A DNA stretch of 64,000 nucleotides from Gemmatimonadota bacterium (GTDB lineage Bacteria; Gemmatimonadota; Gemmatimonadetes; Gemmatimonadales; GWC2-71-9). The DNA lies in assembly GCA_039591795.1 (NCBI GenBank), contig JBDHCY010000001.1, positions 10,887-74,886 on the forward strand, read 5' to 3'. This document shows, piece after piece, positions 36,889 to 46,962 of the stretch; the first letter of the stretch is position 1; every line of letters begins with the position of its first letter. Below the pieces are notes generated by a model. That model saw only the letters and a list, made by a program, of their open reading frames with translations. It was not told where the DNA came from and did not search any database. The position numbers and the translations under genes were made by a program.

Positions 36889-37369
36889 CCCTGCCGGGCC
36901 GGGCCCGCGCTTGCTCGCGCTCTGGCGCCGACTGGCACCGCTCCCCGGCGGAGGCTGGCTGTTCAGCCGCCTACTTGGCCGCATGGTGCCCTACACGGGG
37001 ACAATCGGCGCCCACGTTCGTGTGCTCGAGCCCGGCAACGTGCGCGTGGAGCTCACCGATCGCCGCCGCGTCCGCAATCACCTGCGCTCGGTCCACGCGG
37101 TCGCAATGGTCAATCTGGGCGAGCTCGCGAGCGGCTTGGCGACCCTCACGGCGTTGCCGGCCGGTGTGCGCGGCATCGTGTTGGGGATCTCGATCGAGTA
37201 TTCCAAGAAAGCTCGCGGGACGCTCGTCGCGGAGTGCCGATCCACGCCGCCAGCGGTTACCGAGCCCGTCGATCATCTGGCGGTGGCGACCATCCGAGAC
37301 GGTGGCGGCGACGAGGTAGCGCGCCTGGCCGCGCACTGGCGATTGAGTCCACCGACCGACGCGGCCTAG
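36872..37369 (+). CDS. hotdog-fold protein (DUF4442/PaaI-like thioesterase family)
   Basis: ATG 36872 overlaps the upstream gene by 17 nt. [24 protein letters not shown]...[14 protein letters not shown] matches the PaaI-like hotdog pattern. Confidence 0.65.
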   Translation: MTGSPDPAGPGPRLLALWRRLAPLPGGGWLFSRLLGRMVPYTGTIGAHVRVLEPGNVRVELTDRRRVRNHLRSVHAVAMVNLGELASGLATLTALPAGVRGIVLGISIEYSKKARGTLVAECRSTPPAVTEPVDHLAVATIRDGGGDEVARLAAHWRLSPPTDAA

Positions 37370-37455
37370 CCTTTTGACCCTGCCGCCGACTCAAGGAATG
37401 GGTCGACCGGGGGGACGAAAGTGGGAATCGTCCTCGATAGGGTTCACGACGATCG

Positions 37456-38703
37456 CTAGCGAGTAAAGACCGACACGAGATAGACCACGGCCGTTCCGCC
37501 CAGCAGCAAGAGACCGACGTACGACAACACGATGAGCCCACGCCCCGGGTGCGCGGCGGCGGGGAAGCCGGGCCGTGTCACGACGCGCAGGTTGAGGTAG
37601 CCGAGCACCGGTGCGGTCAGGAACGACACGGTGGTGGCGAAATCGACCATCGTCGTGAGCGAGCCGATGAAGAGCGCCAGTACGAGCACGGTGAGCGCAC
37701 CCAAGGCGCCGACCGCCCACCAATACACTGGCCCATCGTCACCCTTGACCGAAACGGGCCCGCCCGAAGCGAGCACTCGCACCGCGCGCGCGATGGCCCG
37801 CGGGAATCCGTCCACGACGGTGAGCGCGGTGGAGAACATGGTCGTCAGGACGGCGGCGAACACGAGCGGCTTGGTCCACGCACCCAGCGTGCGCGCGTAG
37901 AGCTCCACCAACTGCACGGAGAACCCGGTGCCCTGCGCGCTGAACGACTCACCCGAGCGAAACATCACGCCTGCCCCGAGCGTGAGAAAGGCGAACGCCA
38001 TGATGCCGGTCCCCACGTAGCCGATGCGAAAGTCGAGGAGCGCATGCGCCAGGCTTGCGCGCGTTCCAGCCGCCCGTCCTTTGGCCAAGGTCCAGAGCGA
38101 GCTCCACACCGAGATGTCGATGGCCGACGGCATCCAGCCCACCAACGCGAGCACGAACGCCAGCGACACGCCTGCCGACGGCGGCGGCCACAAGGAGAGT
38201 GTGGACGCGTCCGCGCGAGGCAAGATGATGGCCCCAGCGGCCAGGGTTGAGATTGCGAGGAGGACGAGCACGACCTTGATCGCCCAATCGAGCCCGCGGT
38301 ACCGCCCGATGCGGAGCAGTGCCGCGCAGAAAGCAATCAGGAGGCCGGCGGTGACGGGAAGCGGCCAGGCGACCCCGAGCACGCGTGCCAGGAGAAACGC
38401 GGTGAACAGCACCACGGCGAGCTGCACGATGAGTGCAGTCGCGAGGGTGATGCCGAGATAGAGCCACAGCGCCCATCGGCCCACGCGCAGGTATCCCTCG
38501 ACGAGGCTCTCGCCCGTGGTGGCCGCGTAGCGAGGTCCGTACTCGAAGAACGGATACTTGAGCACTAGCGCGAGGACGACCACGCCCGCGAGGGCGAAAC
38601 CGGCGTCGGCGCCCGCCCGGGTCGACTGCACCAGATGCGACACGCCGATCGCGGCCGCGGCCCACAAGAGGCCCGGCCCGAACTGTCGGAAGAAGGTGTG
38701 CAT
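37456..38703 (-). CDS. NRAMP-related divalent metal cation transporter
   Basis: 415 aa with about 11 TM segments. N-terminal FGPGLLWAAAAIGVSHLVQSTRAGA is reminiscent of the NRAMP superfamily. Confidence 0.65.
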   Translation of the reverse strand: MHTFFRQFGPGLLWAAAAIGVSHLVQSTRAGADAGFALAGVVVLALVLKYPFFEYGPRYAATTGESLVEGYLRVGRWALWLYLGITLATALIVQLAVVLFTAFLLARVLGVAWPLPVTAGLLIAFCAALLRIGRYRGLDWAIKVVLVLLAISTLAAGAIILPRADASTLSLWPPPSAGVSLAFVLALVGWMPSAIDISVWSSLWTLAKGRAAGTRASLAHALLDFRIGYVGTGIMAFAFLTLGAGVMFRSGESFSAQGTGFSVQLVELYARTLGAWTKPLVFAAVLTTMFSTALTVVDGFPRAIARAVRVLASGGPVSVKGDDGPVYWWAVGALGALTVLVLALFIGSLTTMVDFATTVSFLTAPVLGYLNLRVVTRPGFPAAAHPGRGLIVLSYVGLLLLGGTAVVYLVSVFTR

Positions 38704-38956
38704 ACGAACGCGTCTCAGAGTTGCGCTAGTATGGGCCGCGCGGGAGGCAAGTCAAGCGGACGTTGCCCAGGGCTCGGCGGTGCGGTACCGTGACCCAAGC
38801 GGCCCAGGGACAGCGGCACGAGGGTCTGGCGCGTATCTCTTGCGACGGGTAGCACTCGTTGTGCCTGACCGATCGCCCAATGCACGATCACCAACTCTCG
38901 CTGCCTTGCTGGCATGCGGCACGAGCGCGACTCATTCGAGAAATCCGGAGGACTCG

Positions 38957-39946
38957 ATGCGCACATCCCTGATCGCCCTGCTCCTAGCGAGCGTCGTCCC
39001 CATCCTGGGCAACGTCCAGGCCCAGGAGACCGTGGAGATTCGCGAGTGGGAAGTGCCCTGGGCCGACACGCGCCCGCGCGACCCCTTCGTGGACGGGCAA
39101 GGCCGCGTGTGGTTCGTGGGCCAGGTCGGCAATTACATCGCCTACCTCGACCCGGCAGCCGAGCAGTTCAGGCAATACCAGATCGACGAGGGGACACACC
39201 CGCACAATCTGATCGTCGATACGAAGGATCAGGTCTGGTACGCGGGGAACCGCAACGCCATGATCGGCCGGCTCGACCCCGAGTCGGGTGCACTCACCCG
39301 ATTCCCGATGCCCGACTCCGCGGCGCGGGATCCTCACACGCTGGTCTTCGATGGCAAGGGCAACATCTGGTTCACGGCACAGCAAAGCAACTTCATCGGC
39401 CACCTCGAGGTGTCACGGGGCGTGGTGCACTTGATTCCCGTGCCGACGCGCCGTGCGCGACCCTACGGGATCCGCATCGACTCGAAGAACCGTCCGTGGA
39501 TCGTGCTCTTCGGGACCAACAAGCTCGCCACCGTCGACCCCGAGACAATGGAGCTTCGCGAGATCGATCTGCCACGCGAGGGCGCCCGTCCACGCCGGCT
39601 CGAGGTCACCTCGGACGACCGCATCTGGTACGTGGACTACCGCGAGGGCTATTTGGGCCGATACGATCCGGGCACGGGGACCGTTCAGGAGTGGCCGGCG
39701 CCTTCGGCTGAGGAGTCACGCCCCTACGCCATGGCGGTGGACGACCGTGACCGCATCTGGTTCGTTGAGACGGGAGTTCGACCCAACCGGTTCGTGGGCT
39801 TCGACACGAAGAGCAACAAGTTCTTCAGCGAGACCGACGTGCCGAGTGGCGCCGGATCGGTCCGGCACATGTACTACCACCAGCCCACGCAGGCGATCTG
39901 GTTCGGGACGGATGTGAACACCGTCGGCCGGGCGGTGCTGCCGTAG
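38957..39946 (+). CDS. Vgb (streptogramin lyase-like) beta-propeller family protein
   Basis: ATG 38957. Signal peptide MRTSLIALLLASVVPILGNVQAQ. Repeated blades (VWFVGQ, VWYAGN, IWFTAQ, PWIVLF, IWYVDY, IWFVET, IWFGTD). Confidence 0.6.
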   Translation: MRTSLIALLLASVVPILGNVQAQETVEIREWEVPWADTRPRDPFVDGQGRVWFVGQVGNYIAYLDPAAEQFRQYQIDEGTHPHNLIVDTKDQVWYAGNRNAMIGRLDPESGALTRFPMPDSAARDPHTLVFDGKGNIWFTAQQSNFIGHLEVSRGVVHLIPVPTRRARPYGIRIDSKNRPWIVLFGTNKLATVDPETMELREIDLPREGARPRRLEVTSDDRIWYVDYREGYLGRYDPGTGTVQEWPAPSAEESRPYAMAVDDRDRIWFVETGVRPNRFVGFDTKSNKFFSETDVPSGAGSVRHMYYHQPTQAIWFGTDVNTVGRAVLP

Positions 39947-39961
39947 GAGCAGCGGGACCAC

Positions 39962-39991
39962 TGAGCCCCGCGCCGATCGGTGCGGGGCTCA
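39962..39991. terminator. bidirectional hairpin between convergent genes
   Basis: TGAGCCCCGC-gccgatcggt-GCGGGGCTCA, a perfect 10-bp stem. It lies 16 nt after the vgb-like stop and overlaps the TonB receptor stop codon. No clear U-tract. Confidence 0.5.
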
Positions 39992-42571
39992 GAAGCTCGC
40001 GCGCACCCGGGCGAGCACGAGCCGACCGATCTCGGGCGCGCCGACGAACTCCTGGTGACGATTGTCGAACACGTTGAGCGCCTCCACCGACAGCTCGACG
40101 TTGCGTAGGCCCGGAAGTGCCAAGCCTGCGCGAACGTCCATCACGCCGTACTCGTCGACCCTCCCATCATAGACGCCCGCGACCACAGGAAACGACGACA
40201 CGTACCGTCCCTCCATTCCCACGCGAATCCCCGATCGCGCGTGACGGTACGTGGCACCGGCCGCCGCCTTGTTGCGAGGGCCGTTCAGGACGTAGCTCTC
40301 GGCCACCGCCACGTTTGCGATCGAGTCATCGCTCACCCACGAGTAGGACCCGTTCAGGGAAAGGCTCTCGGTCACGTCGGCCGAGACGGAGACGTCGGCA
40401 CCCCAGAGCGTGACCGTCCCGCCCTGCGGCTCGAAGACGAGGAGATCGGGACTGCCCGACTCCCACGGGGTCACCGTCCCGGCTGGGAGCTGCGCCACGA
40501 TCCCGGCGATCGTCTGTGCGTCTTGCTGCGGCATGAAGAGAGCGAGGTACCCGGCCAACGATTGCTCTTCGAAGAATGCGCTCGGCGTGCCGATCGAGCG
40601 AGGGCCGAAGAGATCCTTGATCCACGTATGGTACACGTCCACCGACACGAAGAGGCGTTGGCCGAGGAGCCCCTTGTAGCCCACCTCTACCGCGGAGGTG
40701 ATCGTGCGCCCTTTGGGAGCCACGATCCCCAACGCCGCCGTGTCGGCCGGGACTACTGTACTAGCGTCCACGATGCGACCGAACGCGGTGCGAACCAGGG
40801 TGTTGTCTGGTGGCGGGATGGCAGAGAGGTCGACGCCGAACCCGGCGGCGATGTCGACCAGCGTCCCCCAGAGGACGGTGGCATCCGGAGGCAGGCAGGC
40901 GCCCTCACCGCCCTGCGCCTCGGTTGCGAACGGAGACCGCATGCAGAGGGCACCGTCCTGACGGAAATGCAGGCCGTTGCTTGGCACACCGAGGAGCCGC
41001 ACATCGTACGGAAGATCCGGCTGAAGGGACGCGACCCGTACATCCGCGAACAAGTCACCCGGATCCGGGGAGTTGAAGGCCCTGTTGTAGGTGACGCGGA
41101 ACGCGTGAGACGACGTCGGCTTCCACACGACCCCGATCCGCGGAGACACGGCGACGTTACCAAGCCGGTCGTGGTAGTCGGCCCGCGCCGCTGCCACAAG
41201 ATCGAGCGAGGGCGTGACCGACAGGCGGCCGTGTACGTAGCCGCCGATCTCGGCGATCTCGTCGTCGCCCTCGTAGCGACCGTGAATCGTCCCATCGGTG
41301 CGGGGCTCGGTGTAGCGGGCGTCGACCCCATACAGCAGTTCGATCCGGTCGCCGAGAATCCCTCCGTGCTGCACCTGTGCTGCCAGAGCCCGCGATCGGT
41401 CCACCAGCGGGGCGCCGCTCCGAAGCAGCAGTGACGATCCTGCGTCGCTCCAGTTGTACATCGCATTGACGCTCAGCCGACCGCGCGTGAGCCGCGACTG
41501 TACGTATGAGTACCGCCAGTCACGCACCTGCACGCCACCCACCGCCGACGGCACATCGACCAAGTTGAACGCCTGCCCCCAACCGACGGATGTCGAGACG
41601 GTGGTCGTGCCGTCGGGCCTCCAGTCGAGTCGCCCCTCGGCTGCGCCGCGCTCGATGGCGTTGTCGCGAGGCACGATCTCCGCCGGATCGACAAACTCCC
41701 AGTCGTCGCCACGGAAGTAGTCACCGGAGATCTTCACCGCGACTCGCTCACCGAGCCGGGCAGCGAACCTTCCGGTCCCCTGCATGACGGACCTCCCACC
41801 GGCGGCCAGCGTGAGCGTCGCGCCCGGGTCATCGAAGGGCGATCGGGTGAGAATGTGAAGCACCCCGCGGTGCGTATTCGGGCCGTAGAGTGCGGCTCCG
41901 GGACCGCGCACGACCTCGATCCGTTCAATGTCGCTTGGGGCCAACGGCACGAGATACGGAATATTGAAGGCGAGCGAGGGAATTCCGGCGTAGCGGTAAT
42001 CGGTGAGCATGAGCATCGAGCCCGAGGTACCGCTTCGGTCGCCGCGGACCGCGAAGGTATGCTGCACGAGTCCCTTGCTCGAGAAGTCCACGCCCGGCTC
42101 GGTGCGAATCCGATCGACCGGCGTGAATTGTGCCGCCTCTTCGATCTGCTCGCGCGATACGACCGACACCGAGGCTGGCGCATCGAAGGTGGCTTCAGGG
42201 CTCCGCGAGGCGCTGGCCACGATCGGCGCCATGGGGAGCGCCGCCACTTCAAGGAGAACGTCGACGGTCGTAACGGCACCTGCGGTCACGGCGACCTCGG
42301 CGATCATGCGGCGCACGTAGCCGATACGGGCGATGTCCAGATCGTAGCGACCGGCCGCGACCCCACCGATCCGATACCGGCCTGCAGCGTCGGTACGTGT
42401 CGCAGCAACGACCTCGGCTCCCGAGCGCAGCAGTTGCACCTGCACACCCTCAACGGGGAGACTCGTGGCCGAGTCCACGACCGTACCCGCAACGACACCG
42501 GCTTGCGCCGTGGCTTGGCTCAAGGGGAAAACGATCAACGCAGCGAGAACGAACGCGCGTAGCGCCCGCAC
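39989..42571 (-). CDS. TonB-dependent receptor with N-terminal carboxypeptidase-regulatory-like domain
   Basis: 860 aa. Signal peptide, then AGVVAGTVVDSATSLPVEGVQVQL (CarboxypepD_reg-like), plug (IERIEVVRGPGAALYG), barrel, and a C-terminal aromatic residue (RVRASF). Confidence 0.9.
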   Translation of the reverse strand: MRALRAFVLAALIVFPLSQATAQAGVVAGTVVDSATSLPVEGVQVQLLRSGAEVVAATRTDAAGRYRIGGVAAGRYDLDIARIGYVRRMIAEVAVTAGAVTTVDVLLEVAALPMAPIVASASRSPEATFDAPASVSVVSREQIEEAAQFTPVDRIRTEPGVDFSSKGLVQHTFAVRGDRSGTSGSMLMLTDYRYAGIPSLAFNIPYLVPLAPSDIERIEVVRGPGAALYGPNTHRGVLHILTRSPFDDPGATLTLAAGGRSVMQGTGRFAARLGERVAVKISGDYFRGDDWEFVDPAEIVPRDNAIERGAAEGRLDWRPDGTTTVSTSVGWGQAFNLVDVPSAVGGVQVRDWRYSYVQSRLTRGRLSVNAMYNWSDAGSSLLLRSGAPLVDRSRALAAQVQHGGILGDRIELLYGVDARYTEPRTDGTIHGRYEGDDEIAEIGGYVHGRLSVTPSLDLVAAARADYHDRLGNVAVSPRIGVVWKPTSSHAFRVTYNRAFNSPDPGDLFADVRVASLQPDLPYDVRLLGVPSNGLHFRQDGALCMRSPFATEAQGGEGACLPPDATVLWGTLVDIAAGFGVDLSAIPPPDNTLVRTAFGRIVDASTVVPADTAALGIVAPKGRTITSAVEVGYKGLLGQRLFVSVDVYHTWIKDLFGPRSIGTPSAFFEEQSLAGYLALFMPQQDAQTIAGIVAQLPAGTVTPWESGSPDLLVFEPQGGTVTLWGADVSVSADVTESLSLNGSYSWVSDDSIANVAVAESYVLNGPRNKAAAGATYRHARSGIRVGMEGRYVSSFPVVAGVYDGRVDEYGVMDVRAGLALPGLRNVELSVEALNVFDNRHQEFVGAPEIGRLVLARVRASF

Positions 42572-42867
42572 GAACCGCCTCCTGGTGGCGGGGTGGCGCG
42601 GTCAGAACCCAACGAAAACCGAACCGACCTGCTCCTCAGCCTGCGCCATGAGGCGCACGCAAGGCTCTGGCCGCCACGCGAATCTCCCGCGAGCCCCGCG
42701 TCAGCGCAAGAGATCGGGCGCCGCAAACCCGACTGATGTTCGTTTAATTGGACTGGTGGAGGTGCGCGGTATCGCACTGGGGTGCGACTGCCTAAGCTTC
42801 GAGGTCGCCTGAGATTCGACGATAGCTCGCCGTTCGAGCCAGAGAGAACACGCGGACGTACTGAACC

Positions 42868-44859
42868 GTGGCTTCCTCACTTTCTCACCGTCAGCGCGCC
42901 GTGCTAGCAGCGGTGTGCGACACCCTGCTTCCGGCGATTCATCGAGACGACGACCCCCACGGCGTCTTCGCATGCGGCGCGGAGGTCGCCGGGACCGCCC
43001 TCCGTGCCGAAGAGCTGATCACCAGCCTGAGCGACCCGTTCGACCGCGAGCGGTTGACGTTGCTTCTCAGCACGCTCGGATCGCCCGCGGCCAACCTCCT
43101 CCTGATGGGCCGCCTGCTCCGTTTCGATGCGATGACGTACGACCAGCGTGAAGCCGTGCTGCGTGGCTGGGCACACTCGTCGATCCCGCTCAAACGGATG
43201 GGTTTCCAAGCGCTGAAGCGCCTCGTCCACGTCGCGTACTGTTGCTGGCCTGTTGCGGAGGGAGGCCATCCCCTCTGGCAAGCCGCTGGCTATCCAGGCC
43301 CTCTCCCCCAACCCGACCAGGTGGTCGACCCGGTGCCCGCGGTCACGATCGACGCCGACACCATCATCGAGTGCGACGTCGTGGTCGTCGGCTCGGGTGC
43401 AGGTGGCGGCGTCGTGGCGGGAACGCTCGCCAAGGCGGGGCGAAGCGTCGTGGTGCTCGAGAAAGGTCCGAACCCTGGCTCCGGCGACATGACGCAGTGC
43501 GAGGGAGACATGCTTCAGGCGCTCTACCTCGACGGCGGCACGATCATGACGCAAAGCGGGTCGTTACCGATTCTCGCGGGGAGTTGTGTCGGCGGCGGCA
43601 CGGTGGTCAACTACACGGCGAGCTTTCCACTCCCCGAGCGGACGCGAGCCGAATGGGACAATCGCTCGGGGCTCTCGCTGTTTCAGAGCGCACGGTTCGC
43701 CCAGTCGCTTGCGACGGTCTCCGAGCGAGTCAACGTCACAACGAGATGGAGTACGCCGAGTGCGCGCGACGCAATCCTCGAACGTGGCTGCAACGCGCTC
43801 GGATGGCATGTGGGGGAGATGCCGCGCAACGTGACGGATTGTCGAGGAGAGATCGAGTGCGGCTACTGCGCCTACGGTTGCCGCCACGGCGCGAAGAACT
43901 CCACCGCGCGCACGTACCTCACCGACGCCGTGCGCGACGGAGCTCGGATCATCGCTCACTGCGACGTGGAGCGTGTGTTGATCGAGGGCGGTCGGGCCGC
44001 CGGCGTCGTGGGTACCGTGCTCGCTGCGGACGGGCGCCGTCACCTGGTCACCGTCCGCTCCAGAGTGGTCGTGGCAGCTGCCGGCGCGATCTACACGCCG
44101 GTCGTTCTCCGGCGCTCGGGGCTCCACAACCCGAACATCGGTCGCGGGCTTCGGCTCCATCCGGCAAGCGGGGTAGTCGGCACATTCGACGAACGCGTGG
44201 AGCCCTGGAGCGGCGTGATGCAGGCCCGCTACTCAGATCAGTTCGTCGATCTCGATGGCGAGGGCTACGGGGTCAAGTTCGAGACGGCACCAGTGCATTT
44301 TGCTCTGGCAGCGAGCGCCTTCGGGTGGGACGGAGCCCGGCGTTTCCGTGAGGACGCGGCCCAACTCGGAAATCTCAGTGTTGCCGGTCTCTTGGTGCGC
44401 GATCGCGATCCGGGCCGCGTCGACGTGAGCCGGAGCGGGCACCCGCGAGTGCATTACGAGCTCTCGCGGCGCGATGTCGCGCATGTCCGGGAGGGCGTGC
44501 AGCACGGGGCGGAGTTGCTCGCCGCCGCGGGCGCCCGGGAGATCCGGTCGCTCCACACCCCGACGGTTCGGGCAGAGCCCGCCGGCGCCGGTTGGCTCGA
44601 GCGCTTTACTGCGGGGATCGATGCCCTTGGCTTTACGCACTGCCGGATGTCGTACATCACCTTTCACCAAATGGCGAGCGCAGCCATGGGCAGCGATCCA
44701 TCGAGCTCGGTTGCCTCGGAAACTGGCGAGACCCACGAGGTCCAGGGTCTGTACGTTGCCGACGCGAGCGCCTTCCCCACCTCGAGTGGCGTGAACCCCA
44801 TGATCACGATCATGGCGATCGCCGACCACGTCGCTCGCGCGATCGACGAGGCATGGTAG
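42868..44859 (+). CDS. GMC family FAD-dependent oxidoreductase (long-chain alcohol oxidase-like)
   Basis: 663 aa. DVVVVGSGAGGGVVAGTLAKAGRSVVVLEKG, with the conserved C-terminal GMC region (HQMASAAMG, LYVADASAFPTSSGVNP). Confidence 0.85.
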   Translation: MASSLSHRQRAVLAAVCDTLLPAIHRDDDPHGVFACGAEVAGTALRAEELITSLSDPFDRERLTLLLSTLGSPAANLLLMGRLLRFDAMTYDQREAVLRGWAHSSIPLKRMGFQALKRLVHVAYCCWPVAEGGHPLWQAAGYPGPLPQPDQVVDPVPAVTIDADTIIECDVVVVGSGAGGGVVAGTLAKAGRSVVVLEKGPNPGSGDMTQCEGDMLQALYLDGGTIMTQSGSLPILAGSCVGGGTVVNYTASFPLPERTRAEWDNRSGLSLFQSARFAQSLATVSERVNVTTRWSTPSARDAILERGCNALGWHVGEMPRNVTDCRGEIECGYCAYGCRHGAKNSTARTYLTDAVRDGARIIAHCDVERVLIEGGRAAGVVGTVLAADGRRHLVTVRSRVVVAAAGAIYTPVVLRRSGLHNPNIGRGLRLHPASGVVGTFDERVEPWSGVMQARYSDQFVDLDGEGYGVKFETAPVHFALAASAFGWDGARRFREDAAQLGNLSVAGLLVRDRDPGRVDVSRSGHPRVHYELSRRDVAHVREGVQHGAELLAAAGAREIRSLHTPTVRAEPAGAGWLERFTAGIDALGFTHCRMSYITFHQMASAAMGSDPSSSVASETGETHEVQGLYVADASAFPTSSGVNPMITIMAIADHVARAIDEAW

Positions 44860-44924
44860 GGCGCGGATCGTGGCGCGGTGCACACGCCGCGTGATTCAGG
44901 TCTGCTGGTCTCCCGCTGCCGCGC

Positions 44925-45605
44925 TCAGGCCGGCTGGACTTCGGCGGTGATGCGCTCCGACTCGACGACGTGCACGCCGCGCAATCCGGCGCCGGCAAGC
45001 CGAACCATGACCCGCGCGACATCAGCGGCTTCAATCGGGCGATAACGCCGTAGTGGACCGATCATGGCCGGAGACACGCGCCGTGAGATTCGTTGGGCAA
45101 GCCGCTCTGCCGGGCGGGGCTCCTGCCGTTCGCCAAGGAGGAGTGAGGGCCGGAGGATGATGAGCGTCGAATAGCCCTCTCTCGCGAGCGCTGCCTCGGT
45201 CTCTCCTTTGACTCGCGTGTAGAAAGCAGCGGATTCAGGATCCGCTCCGACGGATGAAATCAACATGAACCGCGTGGCTCCCTGCTGACGGGCAACACGA
45301 GCCAGCCGCAACGTCGCCTCGTAGTCGACCTTCCGAAACCGCTCTCGCGAACCCGCCCGTGCCATCGTCGTGCCGAGGCAGCAGAACACGTCGTCGGCGC
45401 GGAGCTCCTGTCCAACGTGATCGAGCGCTTCGAGGTCGGTCAAGACGACGCGCAATTTCGAATCGTCGACGTCGATGGCTCGCCGGGCGACAGCGATGAT
45501 CTCGCCGTACCCATCCGCGGCAAGCAGCTCGGAGAGGCAGTGCCCTCCCACCAGCCCGGTGACGCCGGCGATGAGTGCCGTTCGTGGCTCTGGGATCGTA
45601 GGCAT
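44925..45605 (-). CDS. NAD(P)H-binding atypical SDR protein
   Basis: 226 aa. ALIAGVTGLVGGH Rossmann motif, HTATIP2-like length and pattern. Confidence 0.7.
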   Translation of the reverse strand: MPTIPEPRTALIAGVTGLVGGHCLSELLAADGYGEIIAVARRAIDVDDSKLRVVLTDLEALDHVGQELRADDVFCCLGTTMARAGSRERFRKVDYEATLRLARVARQQGATRFMLISSVGADPESAAFYTRVKGETEAALAREGYSTLIILRPSLLLGERQEPRPAERLAQRISRRVSPAMIGPLRRYRPIEAADVARVMVRLAGAGLRGVHVVESERITAEVQPA

Positions 45606-45716
45606 CGGCCGCCAAGTAGCGTCGTGCCAAGCGAGCTGTCAAGGAGCCGCCTAGCTGGTGAGGCTCGGAGCGGCGACGTATCCTTACCCGCCTCTCGTCG
45701 CCACTTGGAGATCACG

Positions 45717-46949
45717 ATGCGCCCGTTGACCCGCCTTCTGCTCGTCGTTCTCCTCACGAGCAGTCCCGTGACCGCCCAGAGCGTGGGATCCGACTCCGTG
45801 CTCGTCCTGACCGGTGCCCGCGTGATCGATCCGGCTCGCGACGCGCCGATCGACAACGCGACCGTGGTCATCGTGGGCCGTCAGATTCGCGCCGTCACGA
45901 GCGGGCGCGCGGAATACCCTTCCGGCGCGCGTGTGCTCGATCTGACCGGCCGTACGATCGTCCCAGGGCTCATCGATGCCCACGTGCACCTCGGCGACGC
46001 CGCTGCAGCGCGGCGCGCACTTCACTCGGGTGTCACGACCGCGCGCAGCATGGGGGTGAGTCACTTCGTCGACGTGGGGCTGCGCGAGCTCGCAGCGCAG
46101 GGTGTGATCGATGCCCCCGAGATCATCGCCGCTGGGTATCACGTGCGTCCGCGCCCTTCCCGGGCGCTCTTTCTGGACCAGCCGACGTTGGCTGATCTCT
46201 ACTGGTCCGATGTACACGGCGCGGAAGCCGTACGTCGGGTCGCCGACGCGCTCCTCGCCCGAGGCGTGGACGTGATCAAGACGAACGCCACGGAGCGAGC
46301 AGGTCTACCCGACACCGACCCGAGAAAGACGCTCTACAGCGAGACCGAGCTCCGAGTGCTGGTCGAACATGCCGGAAAGGCCGGGATTGGGGTGGCGGCC
46401 CACGCACATGGGGACGAAGGTGGCCGGGCTGCGGTGCTCGCGGGTGTGCGGAGCATCGAGCATGGGACCTATCTCTCGCCTGAGACGCTCGCGATCATGG
46501 CCGAGCGAGGAACGTACCTCGTGCCCACGATCGCGGTCGTGAGAGATCTCACGATGCCCGGCGGCGACTACGACAACGCGACCTTGCTCCTTCGCGGCCA
46601 GCACATGCTCCCGCGCATCCGGGAAACCGCCACCAACGCCCATCGAGCCGGTGTGCGACTCGTGACGGCGACCGACACCGGCTACGGCCCTGAGAGCGTG
46701 GTGCGCCTGAGTCATGAGCTGCTCGAGTTCGTTGCGCTTGGCCTCTCGACGCTCGACGCCATCCGGGCTGCGTCGACCGTCGCAGCCGACCTCCTCGGCG
46801 TGGCCGATCACGCCGGTCGCGTTGCGGTCGGGTTCGATGCCGATCTCGTGGTGCTCGAACGCGATCCACTGACCGACATCGGCGCGTATCGCGATCCGCT
46901 CATGGTGATCAACAACGGGAAGGTCGCGCTCGACCGCGTTGGAGGGTGA
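45717..46949 (+). CDS. amidohydrolase family protein (secreted)
   Basis: ATG 45717. Signal peptide MRPLTRLLLVVLLTSSPVTAQ. GLIDAHVHLGD metal-binding HxH, AAHAHG, and a C-terminal DADLVVLERDPL. Confidence 0.85.
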   Translation: MRPLTRLLLVVLLTSSPVTAQSVGSDSVLVLTGARVIDPARDAPIDNATVVIVGRQIRAVTSGRAEYPSGARVLDLTGRTIVPGLIDAHVHLGDAAAARRALHSGVTTARSMGVSHFVDVGLRELAAQGVIDAPEIIAAGYHVRPRPSRALFLDQPTLADLYWSDVHGAEAVRRVADALLARGVDVIKTNATERAGLPDTDPRKTLYSETELRVLVEHAGKAGIGVAAHAHGDEGGRAAVLAGVRSIEHGTYLSPETLAIMAERGTYLVPTIAVVRDLTMPGGDYDNATLLLRGQHMLPRIRETATNAHRAGVRLVTATDTGYGPESVVRLSHELLEFVALGLSTLDAIRAASTVAADLLGVADHAGRVAVGFDADLVVLERDPLTDIGAYRDPLMVINNGKVALDRVGG

Positions 46950-46962
46950 GAGCGCAGCGCGC

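Noticed and set aside
38704-38956. 253-nt divergent region upstream of the NRAMP-related gene, checked for a Mn (yybP-ykoY) riboswitch or an obvious metalloregulator box.
   Set aside because: No consensus elements or convincing palindromes were seen by eye. A covariance-model scan would be needed.
42700-42860. Possible TPP or cobalamin riboswitch (GGGGTGC...GCCTGAGA on the plus strand; GCACTGG resembling the GCCACTG box).
   Set aside because: The expected downstream elements (ACCC...CCTGATC.GG.TAAT for TPP; the B12 box AGYCMGGnnnCCTGCC) are absent on either strand. The resemblance is limited to short GC-rich strings.
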